From: an uncultured Clostridia bacterium
GTDB lineage: Bacteria > Bacillota > Clostridia > TANB77 > UBA1234
Assembly (NCBI GenBank): GCA_934132775.1
Contig: CAKPAA010000005.1
Coordinates: forward strand, 11,839 to 75,838
Length of the DNA stretch: 64,000 bases
Direction: 5' to 3'
Position numbers and translations under genes: made by a program. Of this stretch, positions 38,615 through 49,002 are shown piece by piece. The notes beneath the pieces are model-generated. The model searched no databases. It was given only the letters and a program-made list of their open reading frames with translations, and was not told where the DNA came from. Every line of letters begins with the position of its first letter. Positions within the stretch are counted from its first letter, which is position 1.

Positions 38615-40432
38615 TTATTTCATCAAGCCGTTTGCTCTCATCCATCTAATTCTTGCTGTTGGATCCAAAATCTTCTTTCTTAATCTGATATTCTTTGGAG
38701 TAACTTCAACAAGTTCATCTTCAGCAATATATTCAATTGCTTGTTCTAGGCTCATTATTCTTGGTGGAACTAATCTTAACGCATCATCACTACCTGAAGC
38801 TCTTGTGTTTGTTAAGTGTTTTTCTTTACATACGTTAACTTCCATATCTTCTGGTCTTGGATTTTCACCAATAATCATTCCTTGATATACATCAACACCT
38901 GGTCCAATAAATAATGTTCCTCTCTCTTGTGCATTATATAGTCCATATGTGATTGATTTTCCTGTTTCAAATGCTATTAAAACACCTTTTGTTCTTGGAG
39001 AAATATCACCCTTAAATGGCTCATAACCCATAAATACGTGGTTCATTATTCCATTACCTTTTGTATCTGTTAAGAATTCACTTCTATAACCAACTAAGCC
39101 TCTTGCTGGAATTTTAAACTCAAGTCTTGTATAACCTCTGTCACCAACAAGCATATTTGTCATTTCAGCCTTTCTTGTTCCCAATTTTTCTATTACAGCA
39201 CCCGTAAATTCGTCTGGAACATCGATAACAAGTTCTTCTATTGGCTCACATTTTACTCCGTCTATCTCTTTATATATAACAGATGGTCTTGATACCATAA
39301 ACTCGAAACCTTCTCTTCTCATTGTCTCTATAAGAACCGATAAATGTAATTCTCCACGTCCAGATACTTTGAAACTATCTGGGCTATCTGTTTCTTCAAC
39401 TCTCAAACTTACATTTGATTCAAGCTCTTTCATTAGTCTATCTCTCAAATGTCTTGAAGTAACGAATTGTCCTTCTCTTCCTGCAAATGGTCCGTTGTTA
39501 ACACTAAATGTCATTGTTAATGTTGGTTCGTCAATATCTACAAATGGTATTGGTTCAGGATCATTAACATCTGCAATTGTTTCTCCAATATTTATATCTG
39601 GTATACCAACAACAGCAATAATATCTCCAGCAGGAGCTGATTCAATTTCAAATCTCTTTAAGCCTTGATATGTATATAATTTACCGATTTTAACATTTTG
39701 AACTTTTCCGTCTTTTCTGCATACTGCAACATTTTGTCCTTGTGTAATTGAACCTCTTTCAACTCTACCAATTGCAATCCTTCCAACGTAGTTATCATAG
39801 TCTATACTTGATACAAGCATTTGAAGTGGCTTATCTGGTTCTACTTTTGGTGCACCAACATAATTGATTATTGTCTCAAAAATAGGTGTCATATCTTTTC
39901 CCGGTTTATTCAAATCTAATGTTGCTGTTCCTTGTTTTCCTGATGCATATATAACTGGGAAACCTAATTGTTCATCATTTGCAGCTAAGTCAAAGAATAA
40001 ATCTATAACTTCATCAACAACTGCTTCTGGACGAGCACCTGGTCTATCTATTTTATTTAATACAACGATTGGTTTTAAGTTTAATGCAAGAGCCTTTCTT
40101 AAAACAAATCTTGTTTGTGGCATAACGCCTTCAAATGCGTCAACCAATAGTAAAACGCCATCAACCATTTCAAGTACACGTTCAACTTCTCCGCCGAAAT
40201 CTGCGTGTCCTGGAGTGTCTATTATGTTAATTTTGTAATCTCCATATTGCACTGATGTGTTTTTAGAAAGTATTGTAATTCCTCTCTCTTTTTCTAGGTC
40301 ATTTGAGTCCATAACTCTTTCATCTACGTGTTCATTCTCTCTAAATGTACCTGATTGTTTTAATAGAGCATCAACTAATGTTGTTTTGCCGTGATCGACG
40401 TGAGCTATAATAGCAACGTTTCTAATTTCCAT
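38615..40432 (-). CDS. typA: Translational GTPase TypA/BipA
   Basis: 'NVAIIAHVDHGKTTLVD', 'DTPGHADF', 'NKID'. EF-G-like domains follow. The start is MEIRNV (40432). Confidence 0.95.
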   Translation of the reverse strand: MEIRNVAIIAHVDHGKTTLVDALLKQSGTFRENEHVDERVMDSNDLEKERGITILSKNTSVQYGDYKINIIDTPGHADFGGEVERVLEMVDGVLLLVDAFEGVMPQTRFVLRKALALNLKPIVVLNKIDRPGARPEAVVDEVIDLFFDLAANDEQLGFPVIYASGKQGTATLDLNKPGKDMTPIFETIINYVGAPKVEPDKPLQMLVSSIDYDNYVGRIAIGRVERGSITQGQNVAVCRKDGKVQNVKIGKLYTYQGLKRFEIESAPAGDIIAVVGIPDINIGETIADVNDPEPIPFVDIDEPTLTMTFSVNNGPFAGREGQFVTSRHLRDRLMKELESNVSLRVEETDSPDSFKVSGRGELHLSVLIETMRREGFEFMVSRPSVIYKEIDGVKCEPIEELVIDVPDEFTGAVIEKLGTRKAEMTNMLVGDRGYTRLEFKIPARGLVGYRSEFLTDTKGNGIMNHVFMGYEPFKGDISPRTKGVLIAFETGKSITYGLYNAQERGTLFIGPGVDVYQGMIIGENPRPEDMEVNVCKEKHLTNTRASGSDDALRLVPPRIMSLEQAIEYIAEDELVEVTPKNIRLRKKILDPTARIRWMRANGLMK

Positions 40433-40566
40433 TCTAATTCTTCCCCTCAAAATAGTTTATAATTTCTAAGTTACGTGTTCCCCGCACTTATAAAATCTTG
40501 CTTCATATCATCAGAATGCCCGACTAAATGATATTCTCTTTTAGTCGGACAAACATTGATTTTTTA

Positions 40567-41661
40567 TTATTCCTCAGTTTTAATTTCCTCAGAATCTTCT
40601 GTTGAAGCGCCTTCTAATTCACGAATTGAAAGTTCAATTCTCTTTTTATCTAAGTCAACTTCAACAACTTTTGCAGTAACTTCTTGACCAAGCTCCAAAG
40701 CATCTTGTGGCTTTGAAATTCTTCTAACTGTAATGTTTGAAATGTGAACTAATGCTTCTAAACCATCTTCTAGTTCAACAAAAGCTCCAAAAGGTTTCAT
40801 GCTAACAACTGTACCAGTTACAACATCCCCAACTTGGTATTTAACGTTAGCCCAAGGGTTATCTTCTGTTTTTCTATATCCCAATGAAATCTTCTTGTTT
40901 TCTTTATCAGCTTTCAAAACTGTTACTTCGATTTCTTGTCCAACTCTTAAAACTTCACTTGGATGTTTAATTGGCTTCCAAGAAATTTCTGAAATGTGAA
41001 GTAAGCCATCAACTCCACCAATATCAACGAAAGCGCCGTAATCTGTTAGTTGTTTAACTGTTCCTTTGATTACTTTTCCTTCTTCGATTTCACTCCAAGT
41101 TTTTTCAACTTGCTTTTGTCTTTCTTCATTAGCAAGCTTTCTTTCAGAACCAACAATCTTTCTCTTTTCTGGATTATATTCAATTACTTTTAAAGCAACG
41201 CATTTACCTTTATATTCAACAAGGTCTGTAACTTTCTTTGCAAGTTGTGTTTGTGGTACGAAAATTTTAATGTTTCCACATTCAGCTATAACACCACCAT
41301 TTACAACTTCTGTTACTTTTGCATTTATTGGCTTGTCTTCTTTTACGTTATTTTCAAATTCTTCTCTTAATTTTTTTGTCTCTAATCTCTTAGTTGATAA
41401 AAGAATATTACCTTGACCATTATTCATTCTTAAAATATACGCCGTGATTTTATCACCAACTTTATATTTGTCAGTTGGCTTTTCGTCGCCGTACGTAAAT
41501 TCATCTCTAGGTATAACACCATCTGCTTTATATCCTAAGTCAACGAAGATATCATCTCCAACGATGTCGACGATAGTACCTTCAACAACTGTTCCTTCCT
41601 CTAATCTTTTCAATGAGCTTTCATATAACTCTGCAAAATTTTGTCCTTCATTATTTGACAT
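40567..41661 (-). CDS. rpsA: 30S ribosomal protein S1 (four S1 domains)
   Basis: Four tandem OB/S1 units (G.vveG.V..i...g.fVdlG pattern) and an acidic C-terminus. Confidence 0.85.
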   Translation of the reverse strand: MSNNEGQNFAELYESSLKRLEEGTVVEGTIVDIVGDDIFVDLGYKADGVIPRDEFTYGDEKPTDKYKVGDKITAYILRMNNGQGNILLSTKRLETKKLREEFENNVKEDKPINAKVTEVVNGGVIAECGNIKIFVPQTQLAKKVTDLVEYKGKCVALKVIEYNPEKRKIVGSERKLANEERQKQVEKTWSEIEEGKVIKGTVKQLTDYGAFVDIGGVDGLLHISEISWKPIKHPSEVLRVGQEIEVTVLKADKENKKISLGYRKTEDNPWANVKYQVGDVVTGTVVSMKPFGAFVELEDGLEALVHISNITVRRISKPQDALELGQEVTAKVVEVDLDKKRIELSIRELEGASTEDSEEIKTEE

Positions 41662-41745
41662 TGTAAAATCAATCCTTTCTTACTTTTTCTGCTAATAATT
41701 TGAATTTGAGTAGCATTTTAATAACACACCGTCAAAATCTTATTT

Positions 41746-41774
41746 ATTATCCTATATTTAGCAAAAAAAGTCAA
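41746..41774 (-). promoter_or_regulatory. rpsA promoter
   Basis: On the minus strand: TTGACT (41774-41769), 17 nt, GATAAT (41751-41746). Confidence 0.45.
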
Positions 41775-41783
41775 TAGAAATAA

Positions 41784-41822
41784 GAAAAAAATAAGGGGGC
41801 ATCTGTTGCGATGACCCCTTAT
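41784..41822 (-). terminator. Strong intrinsic terminator ending the ankyrin gene pair
   Basis: 12-bp GC-containing stem (41791-41802 with 41811-41822). A U7-8 run follows on the minus strand. A second 9-bp hairpin (taccgaaag / ctttcggta, about 41855-41895) precedes it. Confidence 0.7.
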
Positions 41823-41926
41823 TTGAATAAAAATTATTTTCTTTTGACTTTCATACCGAAAGCTTGATAAAAGTAAAAATCTTTCGGTACTTAATTTAGA
41901 TTTTGTTAATTACCATCTTCCACTTC

Positions 41927-42859
41927 TTAGAGCTTTTTCAAATACCTCCATTTATCGTCGATAAAGCTATTCATCGTCCAAATCAGCCTTTCATCATCAG
42001 TCTTGCAAATTGCCTTCAAAGGTGTTTCAAGCTTTGCATTCATATTGTAAAGCGTTGCACCATTTTCCAACAAAATATTGAGATTTCTGATGGTATTAGG
42101 CTTGTAAATCGATGGCAAACCAGAATGTCCACCGTAAAAAATGTAATTGAGCGGTGTATTACTCTCGATATCAAGTGCGTCAACATTTGCACCATACTTA
42201 ATGAGCAAATACGCAATTTCCGCGTTGATACCTTTCATAACAGTATAGTGCAAAGGAGTGCGTCCAAAGTCATCTGCGAAATTCGGGTTTGCCCCATATT
42301 GCAATAGCATTTGAACCGTTTCAAAGTCATCTTCAACGACGAAATGCTCCAAAAGTGTCATTCCTTGTGAAGTTTTGCTTTTCACATTACCAATCTCAAA
42401 GCCAGCTTGGCAAAGCAAAAACAAAACCTCCGTTTCCTTCCGCTTATACGGTGACCTCTGCAAAATTTTACTTCTGCAAGCATCGTGTTTGAGCATGCAG
42501 TCCAATACCATCGTATTTCTGCGAGAGTACATCAACCCATACAGATCTTCGCCGTCTTCATTTTTCACACTAAAATCGGCCCCAGAGTCGATTAAGTGCA
42601 TGACATTGTACGACTTACTTTCAAGCCGCATCAAAGCGGTATCTCCGTGACAATCTTGTGCATTGAGATAAGCACCAGCCTTAATGAGGATATCAATAAT
42701 CTGAGGATTACCGAATTCAGCCGCCTCCATAAGCAAGGTCTTACCGAAATCATCGCATTCGTTCACATCAAGCCCATTTTCAATGAGCCTTACGAGCTCA
42801 ATACGATTCCACTCAGAAATTGCAAGCACAGCCTGCAAATAATTTGACATATCTTTCAT
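41927..42859 (-). CDS. Ankyrin-repeat protein 2
   Basis: Repeated 'D..G.TPLHYTVMKG..E.A.LLIKYGANV' units. The start is ATG 42859, 9 nt after a GAGGAG RBS that directly follows the upstream stop; the track start 42910 would overlap the upstream gene. Visibly GC-richer, with many antisense shadow ORFs. Confidence 0.85.
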   Translation of the reverse strand: MKDMSNYLQAVLAISEWNRIELVRLIENGLDVNECDDFGKTLLMEAAEFGNPQIIDILIKAGAYLNAQDCHGDTALMRLESKSYNVMHLIDSGADFSVKNEDGEDLYGLMYSRRNTMVLDCMLKHDACRSKILQRSPYKRKETEVLFLLCQAGFEIGNVKSKTSQGMTLLEHFVVEDDFETVQMLLQYGANPNFADDFGRTPLHYTVMKGINAEIAYLLIKYGANVDALDIESNTPLNYIFYGGHSGLPSIYKPNTIRNLNILLENGATLYNMNAKLETPLKAICKTDDERLIWTMNSFIDDKWRYLKKL

Positions 42860-42875
42860 AAAGCTTTTTCTCCTC

Positions 42876-43826
42876 TCAACACTCATACCAAGAAAAAACA
42901 TCGCCAACATTCTTTACGCCATCTTGTGCAGAGTTTCCACCTATTACAAGATTTCTCTTGTAATAGATTTCACGAGGTGTCTCTCCTTTATTATTCGGTA
43001 TTTCACCGGAAGCGCCTGCTTCAAGCAAAATGTTCAAAATCATAAGCAGCTTATCCTTATCGCAATAGCTCTTCACGCAATAGTGCATTGGAGTATTGCC
43101 AAATTTGTCTTTTTCATCAAATTTGGCATTTGCTTTAAGCAACCGTCTTACAATTTTTTGGGAAGGACTTTTGGACTTTACAGCACAATGCAAAGCATTA
43201 GCACCGTGAGCATCAGTAAGATTAGGATCTGCTCCCATTCTCAGCAGAGCATCCACGATTTTGTCATCGCCTTTCTCTACTACAAAGAAAAGCAGCGGTT
43301 CGCAATCAGGTCCTTCTCTCCAATTTACGTCAATTCCAGCCTTCGGCAGAAGCTTAACAAAGCTTTCAGGCAAATTGGCCCACTGCATAATTGGTTCGAT
43401 GCCGTGTTCCTCAACATTGTACATTCCACCATTTTTGATTAACCACTCAGCAATATCAAAATGGCCTTCTCTTACCGCCAAATACAAGGGCTCATTTCCC
43501 CTGTAATCCTTGAAATTTGGCTTCGCACCACGCATTATCAAAGCCATCACATTTTCACATTTGTTAGAAATAATAGCTTCGGCAAGAGGCGTCGTTCCGG
43601 ATGGTGTCTTTTCATTTACATTTGCACCATACCAAATGACAGACCGAATCATATCCGGCGTACCGTCCACAGCTGCTGTGGCCAAAAGTTCCGCTCTATG
43701 TTTGTTAAATTCTTTTCCGGTGAGTTCATTTTCGAGACAATATCTAAGAGCTTTGATATTGCCGCTTCTAATTGCAAACCGAGCATTAGAACAAGCCTTG
43801 CTTTCTGTCATATACTTTCCCCCCAA
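42876..43826 (-). CDS. Ankyrin-repeat protein 1
   Basis: At least 6 ANK units (for example 'GTTPLAEAIISNKCENVMALIMRGAKPN' and 'DAHGANALHCAVKS...LLKANAKFDEKDKFGNTPMHYCV'). No signal peptide. Confidence 0.85.
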   Translation of the reverse strand: MGGKYMTESKACSNARFAIRSGNIKALRYCLENELTGKEFNKHRAELLATAAVDGTPDMIRSVIWYGANVNEKTPSGTTPLAEAIISNKCENVMALIMRGAKPNFKDYRGNEPLYLAVREGHFDIAEWLIKNGGMYNVEEHGIEPIMQWANLPESFVKLLPKAGIDVNWREGPDCEPLLFFVVEKGDDKIVDALLRMGADPNLTDAHGANALHCAVKSKSPSQKIVRRLLKANAKFDEKDKFGNTPMHYCVKSYCDKDKLLMILNILLEAGASGEIPNNKGETPREIYYKRNLVIGGNSAQDGVKNVGDVFSWYEC

Positions 43827-44012
43827 AAATCAAAGTCAAATTGTAAAATTCCATCCAAGGTACCTCGCTTGTGATGACAACTCATCACTAAATTTTAGAC
43901 TAATCCACTCTGTAATGCTCTTCTATTCACCATCTCCCTAAGTTGTTCTAAGAAAGTGTGTGAAAAACTCAGTTGCATCTTTCACACTAAAAATAAATAT
44001 ACCAGCCTCTAC

Positions 44013-44041
44013 ATTATACAGCCCTTTACATATTATGTCAA
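44013..44041 (-). promoter_or_regulatory. Consensus sigma-A promoter of the ankyrin pair
   Basis: On the minus strand: TTGACA (44041-44036), 17 nt, TATAAT (44018-44013). It is followed by a ~180-nt leader containing an 8-bp hairpin (gtgtgaaa / tttcacac, about 43957-43990). Confidence 0.6.
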
Positions 44042-44105
44042 ATATTTTCAGATATAAAAATAAATAACTCCAAATTCAACTTAGGAGTTATTTAAAATTT
44101 AAACA

Positions 44106-44696
44106 CTATTCTTCATTTTTCAAAGCCATAATCTCATCTTTTAATCTATCCGTCAACATTACAACTTCCCTTGGATTTATTTCTTTACCTGTTGAATATT
44201 CATCCATAGTTATAGGTTTTCCTATCCTTATTTTAACCTTTGTAAATGGCTTATAGTTGCCTTCTATTCCAACTGGAATTATAGGAACATTTTCAGTCAA
44301 AGCAATCAAAGCTGCCCCTTTTTTCAGCTTAATGCCCTTTTCCATTCCATTTCTTGTGCCCTCAGGAAAAATCATAAGCAAATCACCTTGTTCCAGATAC
44401 TTTTTAGAATCTTCTATTGCTTTCATATCGCTTTTTCCCCTACTAACAGGATAACAACCAACTTCTCTCATTACCCAATTTTTAAATTTTGTATTAAACA
44501 ACTCCTCCTTTGCCATTGGATGAATCATTCTTTTTATAAATATTACTACCGATATTGAATCTAGCATATGTACGTGATTTGGACATATTATTGCAGGTTG
44601 CTCCTTAGGTATATTTTCTAACCCCTTTATGTCCAACTTATATACTAAATGACAATATATAGCCATTGCATTTTTTAATATCGTTCTTACTATCAT
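44106..44696 (-). CDS. plsC: 1-acyl-sn-glycerol-3-phosphate acyltransferase
   Basis: 'CPNHVHMLD' (HX4D) and 'IFPEGTR'. The start is probably MIVRTIL (44696). Confidence 0.85.
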   Translation of the reverse strand: MIVRTILKNAMAIYCHLVYKLDIKGLENIPKEQPAIICPNHVHMLDSISVVIFIKRMIHPMAKEELFNTKFKNWVMREVGCYPVSRGKSDMKAIEDSKKYLEQGDLLMIFPEGTRNGMEKGIKLKKGAALIALTENVPIIPVGIEGNYKPFTKVKIRIGKPITMDEYSTGKEINPREVVMLTDRLKDEIMALKNEE

Positions 44697-44790
44697 ATTT
44701 TCCCCTTTCAAAGTCTGATAAAATTTAAAAATATATTTATGCTTGTGTAACTATTTGTTACAAGCCTAAATATTAGACTCATTCTTCTAC

Positions 44791-45462
44791 TTAATCAACC
44801 TTTTCCAATATTATTTCGTGTATTTTTTCATAAACTTCATCTATTGTCAAATTCGAAGAATCTATAACAATAGCATCATCAGCAATTTTCAAAGCACCAA
44901 CTGGCTTATTCATATCTATATTGTCTCTTTCGGTTATACTCTTTAACGTATCTTCATATGTAATTGAAATTCCTTTTTTTATCATTTCATCATATCTTCT
45001 TTTGGCACGAACTTCTGGCGAAGCCGTCAAATATATCTTCACATCAGCATTTGGAAACACAACAGTTGTTATATCTCTTCCTTCCATAACAACATTTTGA
45101 TTCTCGCCTAGTTTTCTTTGCATTTCTACTAACTTTTTTCTTATTTCAACAATAGCAGAAGTTGGTGAAACAGCCTCATTAACTCTTGGCGTTCGTATAT
45201 CTTCTGTTACATCTTCATCATCTAAAAATACATGTTGCTTATTTGAAATATTCATAAATTCTATACTTGTACTTTCCAGCAACTCATTTATTTTTTCTAT
45301 ATCATTAAGTGGTATATTATTATTCAACATTTTCAAAGTTATGCACCTATACATAGCACCAGTATCAATGTACGTATAACCCAACTTTTTTGCCAATAAA
45401 TCTGCTATTGTACCCTTACCTGTACCAGCAGGGCCATCAATTGCTATAATCACGAAAAACAC
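44791..45462 (-). CDS. cmk: Cytidylate kinase
   Basis: P-loop 'IAIDGPAGTGKGT' and 'YIDTGAMYR'. Confidence 0.95.
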   Translation of the reverse strand: MFFVIIAIDGPAGTGKGTIADLLAKKLGYTYIDTGAMYRCITLKMLNNNIPLNDIEKINELLESTSIEFMNISNKQHVFLDDEDVTEDIRTPRVNEAVSPTSAIVEIRKKLVEMQRKLGENQNVVMEGRDITTVVFPNADVKIYLTASPEVRAKRRYDEMIKKGISITYEDTLKSITERDNIDMNKPVGALKIADDAIVIDSSNLTIDEVYEKIHEIILEKVD

Positions 45463-45563
45463 CTCCCATATTCAAATAACAAACATTGCTTTTTACCAAT
45501 GCAATTATATAATATAGGAGGTGTAAAATCAATTCACAATATGATTTTATTGCCAATCATCTA

Positions 45564-46481
45564 TTACTTCAAATTATCAATTTCTTCTTTTGAAAGCCCT
45601 GTAAATTCTATAATTTGGTTAATATTAATTCGTGCTTTTAACATCTTCAATGCCATTTCCTTTTTAGTAGCTTTAATGCCTCTTTTCTCTCCAATTCGTT
45701 CTCCTTCGCTTCTTTCATAGCTTCTTAAACTACTTATATCGTGCTCATACTTATCTTGCAAATATGCTTCTCTTTCTATTGCCTCATCTCCTGTTAAATA
45801 CTCATATTCAGCCTCTGCTTCTCTTATCATTGCATTCTTATCTTCTACCATATGTAACAACTCCTTTCTACTATAGTCTATGAAGACTAGCCATTGTGCC
45901 AGCTTATCGTTTATGTCTATATCTCCATTTAAAAACTTAGGCAATTCTATAAAATGTAACTCTTGCTCATCTAATTTCTTTGTGCTATCTCCATCATACC
46001 TCATTCTCCACACCGTGTGATATTCTTTTATATCTTCAAAGCAATTAAAATTTGTTATCACAATTGCTATCGTTTTATGTAATAAATTATATGCCTCTCT
46101 AACTTTTAATTGTCTTACATATAGTTTACTCAAGTAGTATGTCATTCTTTTTGTTATGTTATGATAATTGGTATTTTGCATTTCTATATTTATCTTTGTT
46201 CCATTTTCTAGCCTAGCACTTACATCTATTGCACTTAACTTATTTCCAGACCTTTCTGGTAACAATATTTCTTTATCCATTTCTACAGAACTTATTTTTA
46301 CTTTCAAAATACCTTCCAATAAATCTTTTAAAAATCTTTCATTTTTCCTTTGCCCAAACAACATCTTAAAAATAACATCATTGGTTGGAGGGTACAGTTC
46401 TTTAAAACTGCCTTTTTCTCTATTCATATTATACAACATCCTTATCCTTTTGGCTAGCAAAATGTTACTTTTAATCAGCAT
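45564..46481 (-). CDS. Rpn-family recombination-promoting nuclease / PD-(D/E)XK putative transposase
   Basis: 'PTNDVIFKMLFG...FLKDLLEGIL ... AIDVSARLENGTKINIEMQ' (D...E.Q nuclease core). C-terminal 'IIEFTGLSKEEIDNL' tail. The start is uncertain (M15 or M19 possible). Confidence 0.7.
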   Translation of the reverse strand: MLIKSNILLAKRIRMLYNMNREKGSFKELYPPTNDVIFKMLFGQRKNERFLKDLLEGILKVKISSVEMDKEILLPERSGNKLSAIDVSARLENGTKINIEMQNTNYHNITKRMTYYLSKLYVRQLKVREAYNLLHKTIAIVITNFNCFEDIKEYHTVWRMRYDGDSTKKLDEQELHFIELPKFLNGDIDINDKLAQWLVFIDYSRKELLHMVEDKNAMIREAEAEYEYLTGDEAIEREAYLQDKYEHDISSLRSYERSEGERIGEKRGIKATKKEMALKMLKARININQIIEFTGLSKEEIDNLK

Positions 46482-46970
46482 TATAATATGAACTCAAAAT
46501 AGTGAAACAAAGTTTATTGAATTAGGATTGTATTGCTGTATTACTTAAATAAAGTCTATCTAAATTGCTTTGATATATTACTTATCGCATTTGAGATTTT
46601 TATATGCAAAATATTTTTAGACTATAATTTTATTATTTTCTATTACACCATTTCAATTATCTTAGTATTTTATTTCTAAACATTTCAAATCATAAAATAC
46701 CCTAGTAATCACTTTACTGCATTATATTTTAAATTTTTATAGGAAAACCTGTGAAGAAATTCACAATTTTCGATACGATTACATTCGAATTTAATCTTTG
46801 AATTCATACTAGCATCAACTGAAACAATTGTCAAAAACTTTCGGTCAACAACTTTCGACAAAAGTATCTTGCCATTGTTGAAATATAAATAATATATGAG
46901 TAAAAGTATAATTAAAATTTTACAAAAATCTAATTATATTTTCTTTGCCTTTGATTTTTTCCTTTATCTT

Positions 46971-47010
46971 AAAAAGAGTTATGAAATTGAGAAAAATCAA
47001 TCATAACTCT
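46971..47010 (-). terminator. Intrinsic terminator of the prepilin-type gene
   Basis: 10-bp stem: agagttatga (46975-46984) pairs with tcataactct (47001-47010). A U-run follows on the minus strand. Confidence 0.6.
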
Positions 47011-47107
47011 TTAATAGCTTATTTAACAAAATTCAATTCAGTGATATTTTCATAGCACCAGTCTCTTATTTTTTCATTTCTATTATAAGTTAAATTATGC
47101 AGTCTAA

Positions 47108-48631
47108 TTATTTAATATTCCAAGCAGTTGAAGCAAAAGAACCATCAGTTGAAGTATTTGAAACATCTAATAAATTTGCCGATAATTGAATTACTGGACG
47201 AAGGCCATATGAGGGTGCAATCGTGTTGCCATCTGAACCTATGGAATGACGTGTATTAGCACTGATAATGTAAGCCGTGCGTAAGCCATAGTAGACATAT
47301 GAGTCCTCTGAGTATAAACTAAGGCACGACGAAGCGAGCCATACTCTATTAATTTCATCACCTTTTAGCATATCACCGATATTTGTATTAAAGCTATTCG
47401 GGTTATACCAATAATATGTTTTCGTTGTTAGTACTGGTTCGTCTTTTGACTTCAATTCAATATAATCTGTCTCGCTCGCCGACTGATGTGTTACCCCATT
47501 TTTATCGTCCCAATTGTAAAACCTTGGATATTCTACTCCACCTGCTAAACTTGCAGTGTGCTTTTTAGCTGTGTATGTGTGTCCTCCTGCTACTACATCT
47601 TTCAAATCACTATCCGCCGTATCAGCTGGATACCAAGCCCATCTTGTTAGATTTGTTGATGGAATATAATCACAAGCCTTATTCAAATCTTCTATTGTCA
47701 TACTTCTTGCTGTTATTCCCTTATCTGCATTTGAATATAACTTCTCACATAATCTATGCAATTCGTTTGCACCATATAAATATCCTGCTGCACCCTTAAT
47801 AGTTACTTTGTTTACGTACCCATCTGTTGTTAGCATTACTTTTCCAGTTTCACTATCGATACTCAAAATTCTCCACTTTGCTGTTGCATCTGTTGATAAT
47901 ACTTGTTTAGTATAGCCTGTCTTAGTTGGGTCTGTCTCAAGATTCTGCACTGCTGTCGGTGCGTAATTAACATAGTCACCAACTTTTATTTTACTCGTTA
48001 TTTCTTCAAACTCTTTCTTAGATAAACCACCGTCTAATAGCTCTCTATTTTCAATTTTACTATTTCCATCTATTTGCAACTTAAAGGTCGTACCCGTAAC
48101 TGTTATATCAAAATCTCCCGAACTAGAAACAAGTGCCCTATCTACAAACTCTTTATCTCTTATGTTATACGCACTTTCACTTGGGAATGGTGGCCAAATA
48201 AAAACCTTTCCATTCTTAGTTACAGCATATTTAACATCAACATTAGTCTCACTTGGAGTATTCACTCTCATTACTGGTAACTTAATTCCAATATCTGCAC
48301 TCTTATCAATTATTGTATAATCAGGTGTCCTGCTTTCTACCACAAAATCATCATCCGTCTTTCCCCCCTTAGCCACGTAATTAAAAACTTGTCCATCAGT
48401 AATTTGAGAACCTTTCGCAAGCACTGTGCCTTTAACTTCTATCATCTTCTCATTTATAGCTTGTTCAACTTCACTAATGTTAGACACAAACTTAGAATAA
48501 TTCGCCTTACCAATAGTACTCGTAGAACTATTAAACGCAATAGCTGCTAAAATAATTATAACAATAATCGTAATAACCAACGCAATAAGTGAAATGCCCC
48601 TTTCATTTCTTCTTAATTTCAAATCCCTCAT
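47108..48631 (-). CDS. Large protein with type IV prepilin-like N-terminus (pseudopilin/adhesin-like)
   Basis: The start MRDLKLRRNERG|ISLIALVITIIVIIILAAIAF gives a short basic leader ending in Gly followed by a ~20-aa hydrophobic helix. The +5 residue is Ala rather than Glu. ATG 48631 lies behind a GAAAGGGGA RBS. The ~470-aa C-terminal domain is unknown. Confidence 0.6.
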   Translation of the reverse strand: MRDLKLRRNERGISLIALVITIIVIIILAAIAFNSSTSTIGKANYSKFVSNISEVEQAINEKMIEVKGTVLAKGSQITDGQVFNYVAKGGKTDDDFVVESRTPDYTIIDKSADIGIKLPVMRVNTPSETNVDVKYAVTKNGKVFIWPPFPSESAYNIRDKEFVDRALVSSSGDFDITVTGTTFKLQIDGNSKIENRELLDGGLSKKEFEEITSKIKVGDYVNYAPTAVQNLETDPTKTGYTKQVLSTDATAKWRILSIDSETGKVMLTTDGYVNKVTIKGAAGYLYGANELHRLCEKLYSNADKGITARSMTIEDLNKACDYIPSTNLTRWAWYPADTADSDLKDVVAGGHTYTAKKHTASLAGGVEYPRFYNWDDKNGVTHQSASETDYIELKSKDEPVLTTKTYYWYNPNSFNTNIGDMLKGDEINRVWLASSCLSLYSEDSYVYYGLRTAYIISANTRHSIGSDGNTIAPSYGLRPVIQLSANLLDVSNTSTDGSFASTAWNIK

Positions 48632-48929
48632 TTTGAAATCCCCTTTCATATGTATTTGTCAAAAAAACTATCATAAGTAAATTCTTTGCTTATATTATAA
48701 TTGTTCCCATAAATGCTTGTATTAAACATAGCGAATTATAATACGATATTCATCAATTTAAATTTTATCAATTCTTTTAATCATTGTAAATATATTTCGA
48801 ACCTAAATTTAGTCACTAACTCCTTTTACTACTCTAATACATCTAAATAGTCTTAAATTAGCTCACTTCTAAATCATTGCAACTCTCTCAAACAAAACTC
48901 ACTTAAACCTAGCCACTATGTTCAAAGGA

Positions 48930-49002
48930 GTAAAAGTACATAGAATAAATTTTTTCGGCTCGGTTGGGTAGGTAGGAGAAAAAATTTTTCTATTACTTTT
49001 AC
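48930..49002. other. Long imperfect hairpin (24-bp AT-rich stem, GC-rich 23-nt loop) in the leader region
   Basis: gtaaaagtacatagaataaatttttt (48930-48955), loop cggctcggttgggtaggtaggag, then aaaaaatttttctattacttttac (48979-49002). There are two single-nt bulges. Confidence 0.6.

Noticed and set aside
41903-43941. Many plus-strand ORFs across the ankyrin genes (for example 42924..43442, 43461..43874, 43510..43941)
   Set aside because: They are a consequence of locally higher GC, which gives fewer stop codons. They have no RBS and no motifs, whereas the minus-strand frames encode canonical ANK repeats.
48802-48951. CRISPR-like array (16-nt motif at an exact 50-nt period)
   Set aside because: There are only three phased copies. 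The repeats are short (16 nt) and degenerate, unlike the near-identical 23-47-nt repeats of CRISPR arrays. There are no cas genes and no leader logic.
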